Positions 50,925 through 62,653 of a stretch of 64,000 nt of DNA are shown piece after piece (position 1 is the stretch's first letter; each line of letters opens with the position of its first letter). The translations under genes were made by a program, and so were the position numbers. The notes under the pieces are model-generated. The model saw only the letters and a list, made by a program, of their open reading frames with translations. It ran no database searches and had not been told where the DNA came from. The DNA is taken from assembly GCA_014905635.1 (NCBI GenBank), contig CM026548.1, forward strand, positions 1,302,001-1,366,000, read 5' to 3'. The stretch is from Scenedesmus sp. PABB004. Lineage: Eukaryota.

Positions 50925-53147
50925 ATGGCGCCCGACCCCGTGGAGGGCGTGGGGACCGACGGCCAGCGCGCGCGGCCGCTGCGCCTCTTCTTCAATCGCC
51001 GGTGACCTGCCGCCGCTGCTGGCCGCCGGGGCCCGCGCAGCGCCGCCGCCGACGCGCGCCCGCCGCCGACGCGCCCGCCCGCCCACCCCGCGCCGCAGCA
51101 ACGCGGCGGGCCTGCTCGGCGCGGCGCTCGCGGGCCCGGGGCTCGGGTTTGGCGTGCGCGGCATGGTCGCCGGCTACGCCCTCGCGCGCTGGGCGTACGC
51201 CAAGACCGAGCAGTGAGCGCCCCGCCGCCGCGCGGCCAGCTGCCCCGACCGCGCCGCGCCGAGCCCCCGCCCGCCCGCCGCGGCCAGCTGCCCCCGCCCG
51301 CGCCGCGCCGAGCCCTCGCCCGCCTCTGCGACTCGGCCCGCCGCCGCGGCGAGCCCCCGCCCCGCCCCGCCCCGCCCGCCGCCGGGGCGCAGGTTTGTGC
51401 CCTTCACGCGGCGGCGGCACATCATCCTCATGCCCAGCCTGGCCGAGGCGCTGCTGGGGCAGCACCTGCACGAGCAGTTCCTGCTGGAGCAGGGCAAGAA
51501 GGTCGGGGGGCGCGGGCGGGGGCTGGGCCAACGCGCGGCGCGGCGCTGGGGGCCCGCTGCAGCAGCACGTGGCCGCCCCGGCCGCGCGCGCGCGCCGCCG
51601 CCGCCGCCCGACCCGCGCGCTGCACGCCCCGCTGCCCCGGCGCAGGGCACGCTGCTGGACGCGTCGCACCCCGACACCACGCTCGTGGTGGGCGTGGCGA
51701 AGCGCCTGATCGCCGTGCTGGGCGAGGGCCACGGCGGGGGCTACCAGAAGCACCTGCGGAACTTCAAGTGAGTCAGGCACACCACGCCACGCGCGGCCGC
51801 GCGCGCGCCGCGGCGCCCGCCGCCCGCAGCGGGCCGGGCGGGCTGGCCCGGCCAGCAGCGCCGCCGCGCAGCCCCGCGGCGCGGCGCGCGGCTGGGCCTC
51901 CCCTGCCCGCGGGGCTGAACCTCTTGCGGCGGCGGCGGCGTGCCCGCGCGCGCGCAGGTGGAGCGTGAGCGTCGTCCGCGAGCCGATCATGAACGCGTTT
52001 GTCTTCCCAGGTGACACCCCCCTGCGCGCGCGCGCCTGCGGTGCGCCCGTGCACCACGTGCACGCCCTGCGCGGCACGCGCGCGCGCGCGCGGCGCCCCT
52101 GGGAGCTCGCCGCACGCTCTCAGCGCTGCCGCCCCGGACCCCGCCGTGCCGTCCCTGCCCCCACCGCCTGACCCCCGCCGGTCCGCCAGGCGGCTACATC
52201 GTCGTTTACACAGGCGCGTGACCGCGGCGGCGGCGGGGGCTCGGCCGAGGGCGGGGCGCTGCGCGCTGCGCGCTGCGCGCGCTCGGCGCGCGTCGAGCCC
52301 CGACGCGCGCGCGGCCGCCCGCGCCGCCGCGCCGGCCTCGCAGGCCTGCTGCAGCTGCTGCGGCGCGACCCGGACCTGCTCGCGATGGTGATGGGGCACG
52401 AGGTCGCGCACGCGCTCGCGCGGCACAACACGGAAAAGGTGTGTGGGCGCGGCCGGCGCGGCGGCGGGCCCTGCCGCCGACGCCGTGGCGGCGACAGGGG
52501 GCTCGGCGGCAGGGCCGGGACGCGGCAAGGGCGGCTGGCGGCCCTGCGCCTCTGCGCCGCGGACGCGAGCGGCGCCGCCGCCCGGTGCCGCCCGCCGCCG
52601 CCGCTGCCGGCAGATGGGCATGGGCCTGGCGGTGAGCATGGTGCTGCAGATGCTGCTCGCCGCGGCGGGCGCGGGCGGCGACGCGGAGGGCGCGCGCGCG
52701 CGCGCGGCCGAGCTCGAGGCGGAGCGGGCGCGGCGAGGCTACCACCGCACGCACTCGCGGCTCGTCGCGGACGAGGGCGGCGACGGCGGCGGCGAGCCGG
52801 GGCGCGGCGGCGCCGGTGGCGCGGGCGCGCCGTGGGGCGCCGCCGCCGCCGCCGCGGGCGGGCGCTACCCGTCCGTTCCTCCGCCAGGCGTGCCTCCCAT
52901 CCAGTACCGGCAGGCGCCGCCGGCGCGCGGCCGCGGCGGCGGCGGCGGCGGCGCGCCGCCGCCGGACGTGCCGCCGCTGCCGCCGTGGATGAGCGAGCAG
53001 CTGCTGCGCAGCCTGAGCAGCGTGCTGCTGGAGCTGCCGTTCAGCCGGCGCGCCGAAACTGAAGCGGATTTGATCGGCCTTAAGCTCATGTCCCTCGCGG
53101 GCTTTGACGCGGCCAAGGGGCCCGAGGCCTTCCGCCTGCTTGCGAGT

Positions 53148-53235
<88 letters not shown>

Positions 53236-53621
53236 GCGGGCCGCGGGCGGCGCCGGGGAGGGGCGGGGAGGCGGGCGGCCGCGTCCCGCGCGCGCGCCGA
53301 CGCGCCGCCGCGCTCGGGCGGCGCCCGCCGCAGGCGTGTCGGGCGACGCGCGCAAGGGCGGCGCGGAGTCGCTGCTCGCCGGCCTGGGGTGAGCGCGCGC
53401 CGGCGCGCGCGCGGCCGACCGCCGCGCCGCCTCCCCGCCGCGCTCGCGCGCGCGCCGCGCCCCTCACGCGCGCCCCCCGCCGCGACAGCTGCACGCACCC
53501 GGACTCCACGCGCCGCGCGGCGCGGCTGGAGGAGGAGCTTGCGTTCATGGCCGCGCACCGCAGCGACGCGCGGCTCGGCCTCGAGTCGGTGCACAGCCGG
53601 GTGGACTACTTCTCCGTCTGA
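50925..53621 (+). CDS. OMA1: Peptidase M48, OMA1-like zinc metalloprotease
   Basis: VPFTRRRHII; WSVSVVREPIMNAFVFPG|GYIVVYTG|LL; LAMVMGHEVAHALARH (HExxH); LPFSRRAETEADLIGL; THPDS. Confidence 0.88.
53148..53235. repeat. (GCG)n microsatellite, probably intronic, in the OMA1-like gene
   Basis: ~29 GCG units starting right after a gt donor-like site. Confidence 0.9.
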
Positions 53622-54466
53622 CCCTGCCCGGGGTCTGACGCTGCCCGAGGCTGGCGAGGCTGGCGCGAGAGGGATTTGCGAGCGGGTTGCGCGCGGCGGC
53701 GTCGTTGCAACAACATCGCCGCCGCCACACACGCGTCGTCGCCACACGCGCCAGGAAAGGTGTGATGAATTTGCCGGGCCCGCGTGCCTCCAGATGTGGC
53801 CAGGAGCGCACCAGCCGTGTCCCGCGTCTGCCTCGCCCAGAGCCGCCGCCGCGCCGGCGCTCGTCCTCGCGGCAACGCCGTCGTCGCCACGCCGCGCCAC
53901 CTTCAAATGCTGTGGCCGCACACGCCCGTCGCCGCGCACGCACGCACGCACGCACCGCGCCGTCATCCAGGTCAGCCGGTCAGCCGGTCAGGGGGGACGC
54001 ATAACCCGTGAGGCAAGAGGAGACGACACACTGCAAAAGCGACGACGCGCGCGGTGGTGCCCCCCACGCCCTGGCCTACACAAGCGAGACATTGCACACC
54101 CTGCTGATGGAGAGCCAGGCGCCTGCTCAGCGCCGTCGCGATCAGTCAGTCGGTCAGTCACCGGCCCGCGCCGGCCCGGGCGGAGCGCCGCCCGGGGCGG
54201 CGCGCGCGCCGCAATGGCGAGAGCGCCGCGCACAGATCCCCGGTGTGTGTTGTACAACCGCGCGGCAGCCGGCCGCGCGGACAAGGCAAAGGGGGGCCCG
54301 CTGGCCGGCAGAGGCCCCCCCCCCCCGCAAACAAACGCGCACAATGCCGATCACACCACCACCACCACCAGCACCAGCACCGCCGGCCGGCATGCGTCGC
54401 GGCTGCGGCGGCGCGCGGTCAATTCGGGGCGGGCGCGCGCCGCACGCAGTGCGCGCCGCGCCGCGC

Positions 54467-56755
54467 TCAGTGGCCCGTGAAGGCCGAGGCGTGGCCGTCG
54501 AGGGTGAGCGCGACGAAGCTCAGCGCGAGGCAGAGGCTGTAGGCGAGGCCGAGGCTGCTGCTGCGCGCGCGCGCGAGCGCGGCGCGGCGCGCGGTCGCCT
54601 TGGCGCCCTTGCCCAGGATGCGCTCAGCCTCGGGCGCGTAGGTCGGCGCGCCGGCGGCGTCAAAGAACCGCCCCAGCCGCGCGGGCGCGGTCAGCAGGCG
54701 CAGCAGCGCGCTCGCGGGCGTCAGGTACCTGCGGCGCGGGGTGGGCCGGTGCGGGCGAGCCGGCGCGCGGTGGGCAGGCGGCGTGGCGCGGCGCGGCGAC
54801 GCCCGCGGGCGGGCGGCCGGGCGGGCGGCCCGGCCGCGAGCGCGCGCCGCCGCACCGTGTGTATGTGCCGTTGAGGCCGCACGCGACCGCGGCGCGGCAG
54901 CGCGGCACGAGGAACGCGGCGACAGTCTCGGGATGCTCGCAAAGGATGTTGAACGCCTGCGAACGCGCAGCAGGCGCAGCGGCGGGCGCGGGGCGGGTGA
55001 GGTCTCCCGCAGCGCACGCGCCGGCAACGCTGGAGCCGGCCTCCGGCCCCGGCCGGCCCTGGGCGCGCGCGCGCGCGCGTGCGGCCGCGCCGCGCGCCTG
55101 CTTGTTGGCGGTCGTCGCGCCCTCGAGCAGCAGCTCCGTCAGCATCATGCCCGGCGACAGCACGTGCACGCCGACCGCGCTGCCCGCGAGCTCCGCGCGC
55201 AGGCTGGCCGCGAGCTGCGGGAACGCGGCCTTGGTCGCGCCTGCGGCGACGCGCGGCGCGGCGCAGCGCTGGGCGGCGCGCGGCGGGCGCCGCGCGCGGC
55301 GGGCGCCACGCGGCGGCACGGCGGGCGCCGCCGCGCGGGGGCAGCGTCGCTCCCGCGGCGCCGGCGCCGCCGTCGCGGCGCACCGTAGGCGGCGTACTGC
55401 GGCGTCGCGTTGCCGTCGGCGCCGGCGCCGTCCATGATGAACACGTGGCCCCCCAGCGCCTGGCGCAGCTGCGGCGGCGGGGAGGCAGGCACCAGGGGCA
55501 GCGCGGGGCGGCAGCGTCAGGGAGCCGCGCAGGCAGCGCGGGCGCAGGTGCGACGTGACAGGCGCGCGGCGGGCACGCGGCGGCGGCGCGGCGGCGCGCA
55601 CCATGAGGCGTCCCGCCGCGCGCGCGCAGAGCAGCGTGCCCAGCAGGTTGGTCCGCACGACCGCGCCGAGCGCGGCGGGGTCGGAGGCCAGGAACGGCCG
55701 GAACGCGCCGGAGTAGCCTGGCCCGCGGCGCAGCACGGGCGGGGGGCGGGGGCACGCGCAGGCAGTCAGGCGGCAGTGGCGGCGCGGCGGTGGCGGGGCA
55801 GCGCGGCGGGCGGTGCGCACCCGCGTTGGCGACCCACACATCCACGCTGCCGAGCAGCGCCTCCGCCGACGCCGCGAGCGCATCGACCTGCGCGGCGTCG
55901 CTGACGTCGCACACGACGCCGTGCAGGCGCGGCGGCGCCGCGACGCCGAGGCCGGCGAGCTCAGCGCGCAGCGCCGTGAGCGCGGCGTCGAGCGAGGCGC
56001 GCGTGCGGCCGGTTATGACCACGGCGTCGCTGTGGGCGAGGAACTCGCGCGCGAGCGCCTTGCCGAGGCCCTTGGTGCCGCCTGCGCGCGCGCGCGGCGC
56101 GGACGCGCAGCATGCGGGCGGCGCTCGCAGGACGGGCGGCGGGCGCGCGAGCGACGCGGGGGGCACGTGCGCGGGCGGTGTGCCCTTCGCGCCAAGGGCC
56201 TCGGCAAACACGCGGTCGCGCACCGGTGATGACGACGTTGAGCGGCGCGTGCGGCGGGCGCCAGAGGCGCGCGCTGCAGTAGCGGTTGAGCGCCGCAAAC
56301 ACGCCGCCGATCGCCGCGCCCGTCAGCGCGGGCAGCCACACGGGGCCAGGCACGCCTGCGGGTGCGGGCACGGGCGTGCGCGGGGCGCGGGGCGTGCTGA
56401 GGCTGGGGCAGGGCCGCGGGCGGCGCGGCGCCGGCGCGCGGCGCGACGCAGCGCAGGCACGGCGCCCCGCACCCGCGACGCTGCTGGCCGTGCCCAGCAC
56501 GTAGGCGCCAAAGGCGACCAGGCCCAGCGGCTTGTGCGGCTCGGCCTCGTAGACGACGCTGCGGCGCGCCGCGATGGCGCGCCGCGCGGCGGGCAGCGGC
56601 GCGACGCCGCCGCCGCCGCCGCCGCCCCGCCGGGCCGTCGATGCCTGAGGCCGCGCGACCGCGCGCGTAACGAGCCGCTGGCGGCCCAGGCAAGCGGCGG
56701 CGCGCTCGGGCACGCGCGCCGCGCGCTGCGGGGCGCGGGAGTGGGCGCCGCGCAT
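54467..56755 (-). CDS. NYC1: Chlorophyll(ide) b reductase, NYC1-type SDR with hydrophobic segments
   Basis: Transit-like N-terminus; LNVVITG|GTKGLGKALAREFL; VDVWVANAG; TNLLGTLLC; GHVFIMDGAGADGNATPQYAAYG|ATK (YxxxK); SPGMMLTELLL; FNILCEHPETVA. N- and C-terminal hydrophobic stretches favour NYC1 over NOL. Confidence 0.88.
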
Positions 56756-57190
56756 TTCGCTGCCTCCTCCCTAACGCCCGCGCGCGCTGCGGATCCGGCG
56801 AGCGCTGCTGGGGCGCTCCGGGATCGAAAGCAGCGTCCACGAAGAGCGCTTGACCCCCAGGCGCCCCAGGGAGCGTTGGGAGGGCCCGGCCGCTGGCGCG
56901 CGCGCGGCAACAAAGCTCGTCCGCTGGCGAGAACGGGCCGCTGCGCGCGCGGCGGTGTGGCTCGATCGGGCAGAGGGCACAACACTGCGCCCCGCATGAC
57001 GCGGCGCGGGGCGTCGCCGCCGAGCTGGCGCCACAACCGCGCGCCCGCCGCCGCGCCCCACATGCTCCCCCGCGGCCACCGTCTCCCGGTCCAACGCACG
57101 CCACCCGGCCGGCCGCACGCTCCCCCGCAGCACACACGCACGCACGCGCGCGCGCGCGCCCACGCCAGCGGCTCGCCCCGCGCCCGCGCC

Positions 57191-57871
57191 ATGCAGGCGC
57201 CGCGCCTGGCGGCGGCGCCGCCGCGCCGGGCGGGCCTGACGGCCCTGGCGGCCGCGACCCCGCCGCCGTGCGGGCCGCGCACCGCCGCCGGCCGGCGCCG
57301 CGCGGCCGGCAGCAGCAGCGGCGCCGGCGGCGCGCGCCCGCGGCCGCGCTCGCGCCGCCGCGCGCTGCCCGCCGAGCGCGCCGGCGGCGCGGCGCCCGGC
57401 CGGCGCGGCGGCCCGCCCGGCGCCGCCGATGTGCAGGGCTGGCGCAGCGCCGTGCCAGGGTGCGCGCCGCGCCCCGCGCGCGTCGCCCGCTCCTCGCCGC
57501 CCGCCACGCGCGCGCTGACGCGGCCCGGCGCCTGCCGCCGCGCGCGCGCCCGCGCAGCGACAGCGGGTGGGACCCCCTGAAGCTGCGCGCGCGCGACGCC
57601 AAGACCTTCAACCGCTTCCGGTGCGCCGCCGCGGGCGCGCGCCGCGGCCGCCGCCCACGCCCGGCGCTCCGCTGCACGGCGCGCGCACGCCGCCCGCACG
57701 CGTCGCCGCCGCGCGCCCACGCCGCCCGCACGCGCCGCCGCCGGGCAGGGAGGTGGAGGTCATCCACGCGCGCTGGGCAATGCTGGGCGTGATGGCGCTG
57801 CTGCTCGGCGACGCGCCGGGCACGCCCGTCTCGCCGCAGACGGTGCGCGCCCGCGCCCGCGCCCGCGCCCT

Positions 57872-57917
<46 letters not shown>

Positions 57918-58749
57918 TTTCCGTGCGCGAGCCCACCCCACCGCGCCGCGCCGCGCGACGCCGCGCCGCGCCGCGCTGGCGCAGCTGAGCGTCGGCGTGC
58001 TCGCGCCGTGGGGCCTCACCGCGCTGCTGGGCGTCGCGTTCATTGAGAGCTCCCGCCTCGCCGCGCTGTGGGGCGAGGACGACGTCGACGCGCGCGCATA
58101 CCCGGGTGCGCCGTGTGCCCGAGCGGCCGCCTGCGCCGCGCCTGCACGGCGCCCCCGCCGCCGCGCCTGCGCCGAGCCCGTGCTCCGTGCCTGCGCCGAG
58201 CCCCCGCCGCCGCGCCGTGCCTGCTGAGCCCCGCCGCCGCGCCGCAACGCCGCCGCGCAGGCCAGCGCTTCGACCCGCTCGGCCTCGCCCGCCGCGCGCG
58301 CCGCGGCCGCCGCGCCGGCAGCGCCGCGGGCGAGGGCGACGCGCCGCCGCCGCTCGCGGTGTTTTCGAGCTGGCTCGGCGGCGCACCGGGCTGGCTCGCG
58401 GGCGGGTGGTGGTGGGAGCGGCGGGAGATGACGGAGGGCGAGCTCCTTGACATGAAGAGCCGGGAGCTGCGCAACGGCCGGCTCGCGATGTGCGCGCGGC
58501 GCGCCCGCCGCGCGCGCCGGCCTGCGCCGAGGCCCCGCCGCCGCGCCGGCCCGCGCCGGCCCGCGACTGCCCGCGCCGGCCGGCCCGGGTCCGCGCGCGC
58601 CGAGCCGCCCGCGCCGCGCGCGCAGGGTGTCGTTCCTGGGCTGCTGCGCGGCGTCGGCGCTGACCGGCAAGGGCCCCATCACGCTGCTGGTGCAGCACAT
58701 CACCGACCCCGCGCACAACACGATCGTGCAGAGCCTCGGCCAGCAGTGA
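57191..58749 (+). CDS. Divergent light-harvesting chlorophyll a/b-binding (LHC) family protein (6 exons)
   Basis: PG|DSGWDPLKL; FR|EVEVIHARWAMLG; FIESSR; YPG|QRFDPLGL; KSRELRNGRLAM|VSFLG; TGKGPITLLVQHITDPAHNTI. Confidence 0.9.
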
Positions 58750-59059
58750 GGCGGCGCGGCAGCGCAGCGCGGCGCGGCGCGTCGGCGGCGAGCGGGGCGG
58801 CGGGCGGGCCGCCGCCCCGCGGCGAGAGGGGAGGCTTTGGGAGCGCGCGTGGAGAGCGGGGGCGCGGGGATCGGGGGCGAGGGGCAGGCGATGCGCTGCG
58901 ACACGTGCATGCGTGACCATCTGTGTGCTCTGCGTGCGTGCGGCGTGTGTATTCACTTCTCTGTACAACACCGTGGGGGCTCAAACGCCTCGGGCGGCCG
59001 GCTGCGAGTTGAGCGCGCGTCGACCGAAGTTGTGCGAAGCGCCTCTGGGGCGGCAGGTC

Positions 59060-59478
59060 GGCGGCGGCGCGCGCGCCTGCTGCAATGTCCCTATGCTGCG
59101 CTGGCCGCCGCCTCTCCTGCCGCCGCACCGCCGCCGCGCTCGGCTTGTCGCTGCACCGGCGCACGGCAGGCGGGCGGGCGCGGGGCCCGCGGTTCGCGCT
59201 GCGGCCGGCGGCAGCGCACAGCCTCCACCCGGGCCGCCCGTGGGCCTCCCCTGCCACGCACGCACACCGCCTGCAGGCCCGGACGGCAGTCGCAGCACGC
59301 AGCCGCACGAGCGCGCCCGAGCCCGCCGCCGCTGCTGCGCCGCTCACCGCGATTAAACGCATCGCCCCGTGGCGCCCGTGTGGTCCCTGCGACACCGCAG
59401 ACCCGCCCAGGCAGCCGCCGCGCCGGCCCAGCGCCCGCGCGCGCCACGGCATCGCCGACAGCAGCGCCCGCGCGCCGC
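59060..59478 (+). repeat. ~400-bp repeat, 5' flank of LRR cassette copy 3
   Basis: Colinear with the other flank copies. Confidence 0.9.
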
Positions 59479-59479
59479 C

Positions 59480-61454
59480 ATGCGCACCGGGGGCGCCGCG
59501 CAGCGCGAGGCCGCCCAGGGTGCGGCTGGGAGGGCGTGCGTGGCAGCGGCGTCAGTGCCTGGGCCCGCGGCAGGCAGGCAGCCCCCGCAGGCCCACTCGC
59601 CCGTCGCGCGCCCCACCCCGCCCGCTGCTGCTGCGCCGCCGCCCGGCAGGCGCGGCGGTGGCTGCGGCGGGGACCCTGCACGATGCCTGGTCGCTGCTGC
59701 TGGCGCACCCGGCGGTGTGCCAGGACGTGGGCGTGGTGGCCAAGCTGCTCGCGACCAGCCGCGCCACGCGCGACGCGGGTGCGAGCGGCGGCGCCAGCGG
59801 GCGCGGCGGCGGCGGCGGCGCGGCAGCTGTCAGCGCGGGCGCTGACTCGCGGTGCTTGGCGCGGCCAGCGCGCTTGACGGCTGCCCCTGACGTCCCCGCC
59901 GCCGCCTTTGCCGCCACCGCCGTTGCTGCCGCCGCGTCGCGCTCAGTCGACACGCAGTGCTGGGGGCTGCGCGTTGATGGCGAGTGCGCCGACCTCGAGG
60001 CAGAGCCGTTCACCGACTGCTGGCTACCGCGCCACGCGCACATCCTCGCCGCGCTGGACGTCTGGTACCACCAGACGTGGCGGCTGTGGCAGCCGCGCTG
60101 CGCACGGCGGCGACCGCGCGGCCCCTGCGGCTGCAGGAGTTTGCCTGCCGCGCCCAGCTGGGCCCTGCGGCGGCGCTGCTGCGGGAGCTGCCCGCCAGCC
60201 GCCTCACGTCCCTGGGGCTTTACCTGCACGCGGGCTGGGCTGTCTCGCACCTGCCGCGCCTGGCGGCGGCGCTGTCGCGCCTGACGGCCCTGCGCTCGCT
60301 GAATGTGTTTCTGGAGGACGAGGGCGCCGGGGCGCACCGCCTGCTGCCGGCGCTGGCGGGCCACCGCCAGCTCACGCGGCTGGCGCTCAACACCCAGAAC
60401 GGCCTGAGCGCCCTGCCGGCGAGCCTGGTGCACCTGGCAGCGATTGGCAACGTGCGGGACCCGCTGCCATACGCCGGCCGGGACCTGCGCCACCTCACGG
60501 CGCTGACCGGACTCACCTACACCGCTGGCGCGGGCGACGCGCTGCCGCCCAACCTGGAGGAGCCTGGAGGCGCTGGACGTGAAGTGTATCGACAACACGG
60601 AGCCCCTGCTGGCGCTCAGCCGGCTGCGCGAGCTGCGCCTGCCGCACGCCCGCCGGGTGTCTGCGCTCGAGCTGGGCCGCCTCACGGCCCTGGCGCGCCT
60701 CAGCAGCGTGGAGCTGGACTACACGCATGTGGACAGGGCCACGCTGGTCAACACTGACGAGGAGCTGCTCGCGGCGGCGCCGGTGTGGCCGCGGCTGCCG
60801 CTGGTGTGCCTGCGCGGCGTCCGGTTGGCGCGTCCCATGCTGCCGCACCTGTCGCAGCTGCGCGGCCTCACCATGCTCAAGCTCCTGGGCGCTGCAGAGG
60901 AGGGAGGGCTGCCGAGCGCGGCCGAGCTTGGCGCGGCGCTCGGCCAGCTGACGGCGCTGCGCGAGCTTGATTTGCTTGGCATCCGCCTCGCGCCGCCGCC
61001 CCTCGCTGCGGACGGCGCGCCCCAGCCGGCGGCGTCGCTGGCGCTGGTGACGGCGGCGCTGTCGCGGCTGCCCAGCCTGTGCCGCTTTGCGCTCTTTGGC
61101 AGCCCTGGCGTGTTTGAGGCGTTTGCGCCGCCGGCGACCACTTGTCTTTGCTTCGAGGAATGCAGCATCGACGACGCCGCGCTGTATGCTGTGGCGCAGC
61201 GCCTGACCGGCCTGATGTCCCTGCATATTGTGGACGAGGACAGCCCGCTGACCGGTGCCGCCCTGCCGGTGCTGTGCGAGCGCCTGACGCAGCTCACGTG
61301 CCTGACCCTCCCGGCGCCGGCAGTCACACTGGCCAACGCGCACTGCCTGAGCGCCCTGGTGCGGCTCAGGCAGCTTTGGGGGTGCGTGCTGCCAGAGGCG
61401 GAGCTCCAGGCGGTGCGCCAGGCGGTGTGCAGCGGGTGCTGCATGGTTGCGTGA
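59480..61454 (+). pseudogene. F-box-like/LRR gene copy 3 with two frameshifts (~60070 and ~60563)
   Basis: Same 3-exon layout. The homologous peptide is split over three ORF-track entries (59085-60284, 59984-60757, 60579-61454). Confidence 0.75.
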
Positions 61455-61835
61455 CCCCTGCCAGCGGCCTGAGTGCGCTGCAGGGCCGTCGCCGCCCCCC
61501 CCCCCCCCCCCCCGGCTGCGCCGGCGCAGCTGCGGGGCGGTGGCTTGGCGCGGCTGGCGGCGGCACTGTCGCCGCGAGGCGGCCGCGGCAGCTCGGCGCT
61601 CGGCTGGGTGGCTGCGCGAGGCACGTGTGTGTGGCTGCGGCGGCGAGTTGAGTTGGGCGCGCCCGCGTGCGTGCTGCGTGTGCGTGCGAGGGCGGCGGGC
61701 GGCGGGCGCGCGCTGGCCGGCTGGTCGCGGGCTGCGGTGGGGGCCGGCGGCGCGTGCCCCTGCTGCAACGCCCCTCTGCTGCTGCGCTGGCCGCCGCCGC
61801 CGCCGCCGCGGCACAGCCGCCGCCGCGCGCTCGGC
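61455..61835 (+). repeat. 3' flank of cassette copy 3: shared 3' spacer plus only the first ~80 bp of the direct repeat
   Basis: Matches 3702-~4050 (gcagctcggcgctcggctgggtggctgc, gagttgag, gcgcgctggccggctggtcgcgggctgcgg, ctgctgcaacgcccctctgctgctgcgctggccgccg), then diverges. Confidence 0.85.
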
Positions 61836-62653
61836 CGCCTGCGTGGCGCGCGCAGTGCGCGTGCATGCCACGAGCAGCCGAGTGCTGCGCGGGGGCGCGC
61901 GGCGAGCGAGCGGGCTAGCCCAGTGCGCGAACAACGCACCGGGGACAGGCAGGCGCCGCCCCACCTCCGGCGTCGCCGCCGGCCGCCGGCGTCGCAGCGC
62001 GTCGTGCGCCGTGCGCCGGCGCGGCGTGTGACCGCGCGCTCCGCTGCCGCCCGCGCCGGGTGTTATGGCCTGCCCCGCGGCCCGTGGGCCGTTTCGTGCC
62101 GCGCGGGCCGCCCCCTGCGAGCTGGGCAGGGCCGTCAGATCCTGCGTACCTCCGTGTGCACGCGGTGCCGCGCCGCGCCAGCGCCAGGACGTAGGCGACG
62201 TTCCCGCAGCATGGCGCCTCGCGCCGCTGCCGGGCGTAGCGCGGCCCAGCGGCGAACTGCGCAGCACATCTCTCGCTGGTCGCGTGACTGAACGCCGCGT
62301 ACAGGCCTCGCCAAGCAGCCCGCCGCTCAATTTATTCATTCTTATGCTTGCTCAAGCTCGATCAGCCATGACGAACGCAGCCCAGAGCGCTGTGCGGGCG
62401 TGCGTAGCGGTCGCCGGACAGGGTCGCCATTGTTACATGCGAGAGTTGGCCCCTGCAGCTCACAGCGCCGCGCCGCGCCCTCGCGCGCCACATTCCGCGA
62501 CTCCCCTAGGACAGCACCAGGCTTGGGACCACACGCACACTCAGGGCGCCGCTCCGCGCCCCCGCGCCAGCCGCCTTCCATCGTGCAGCCAGCGCCTCCT
62601 TCAGGCGCACGCCCCGGACCTAGCACAGCTTCGGAGACCCCACACTGTCCCTC

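Noticed and set aside
53148..53235. Poly-Ala tract in OMA1
   Set aside because: It begins at a donor-like gt and lies in intron-like sequence, so it is more simply a microsatellite.
60070..60575. Compensating frameshifts (-1 and +10) keeping copy 3 functional
   Set aside because: The shifted frame reaches a stop at 60282-60284 before the frame is restored.
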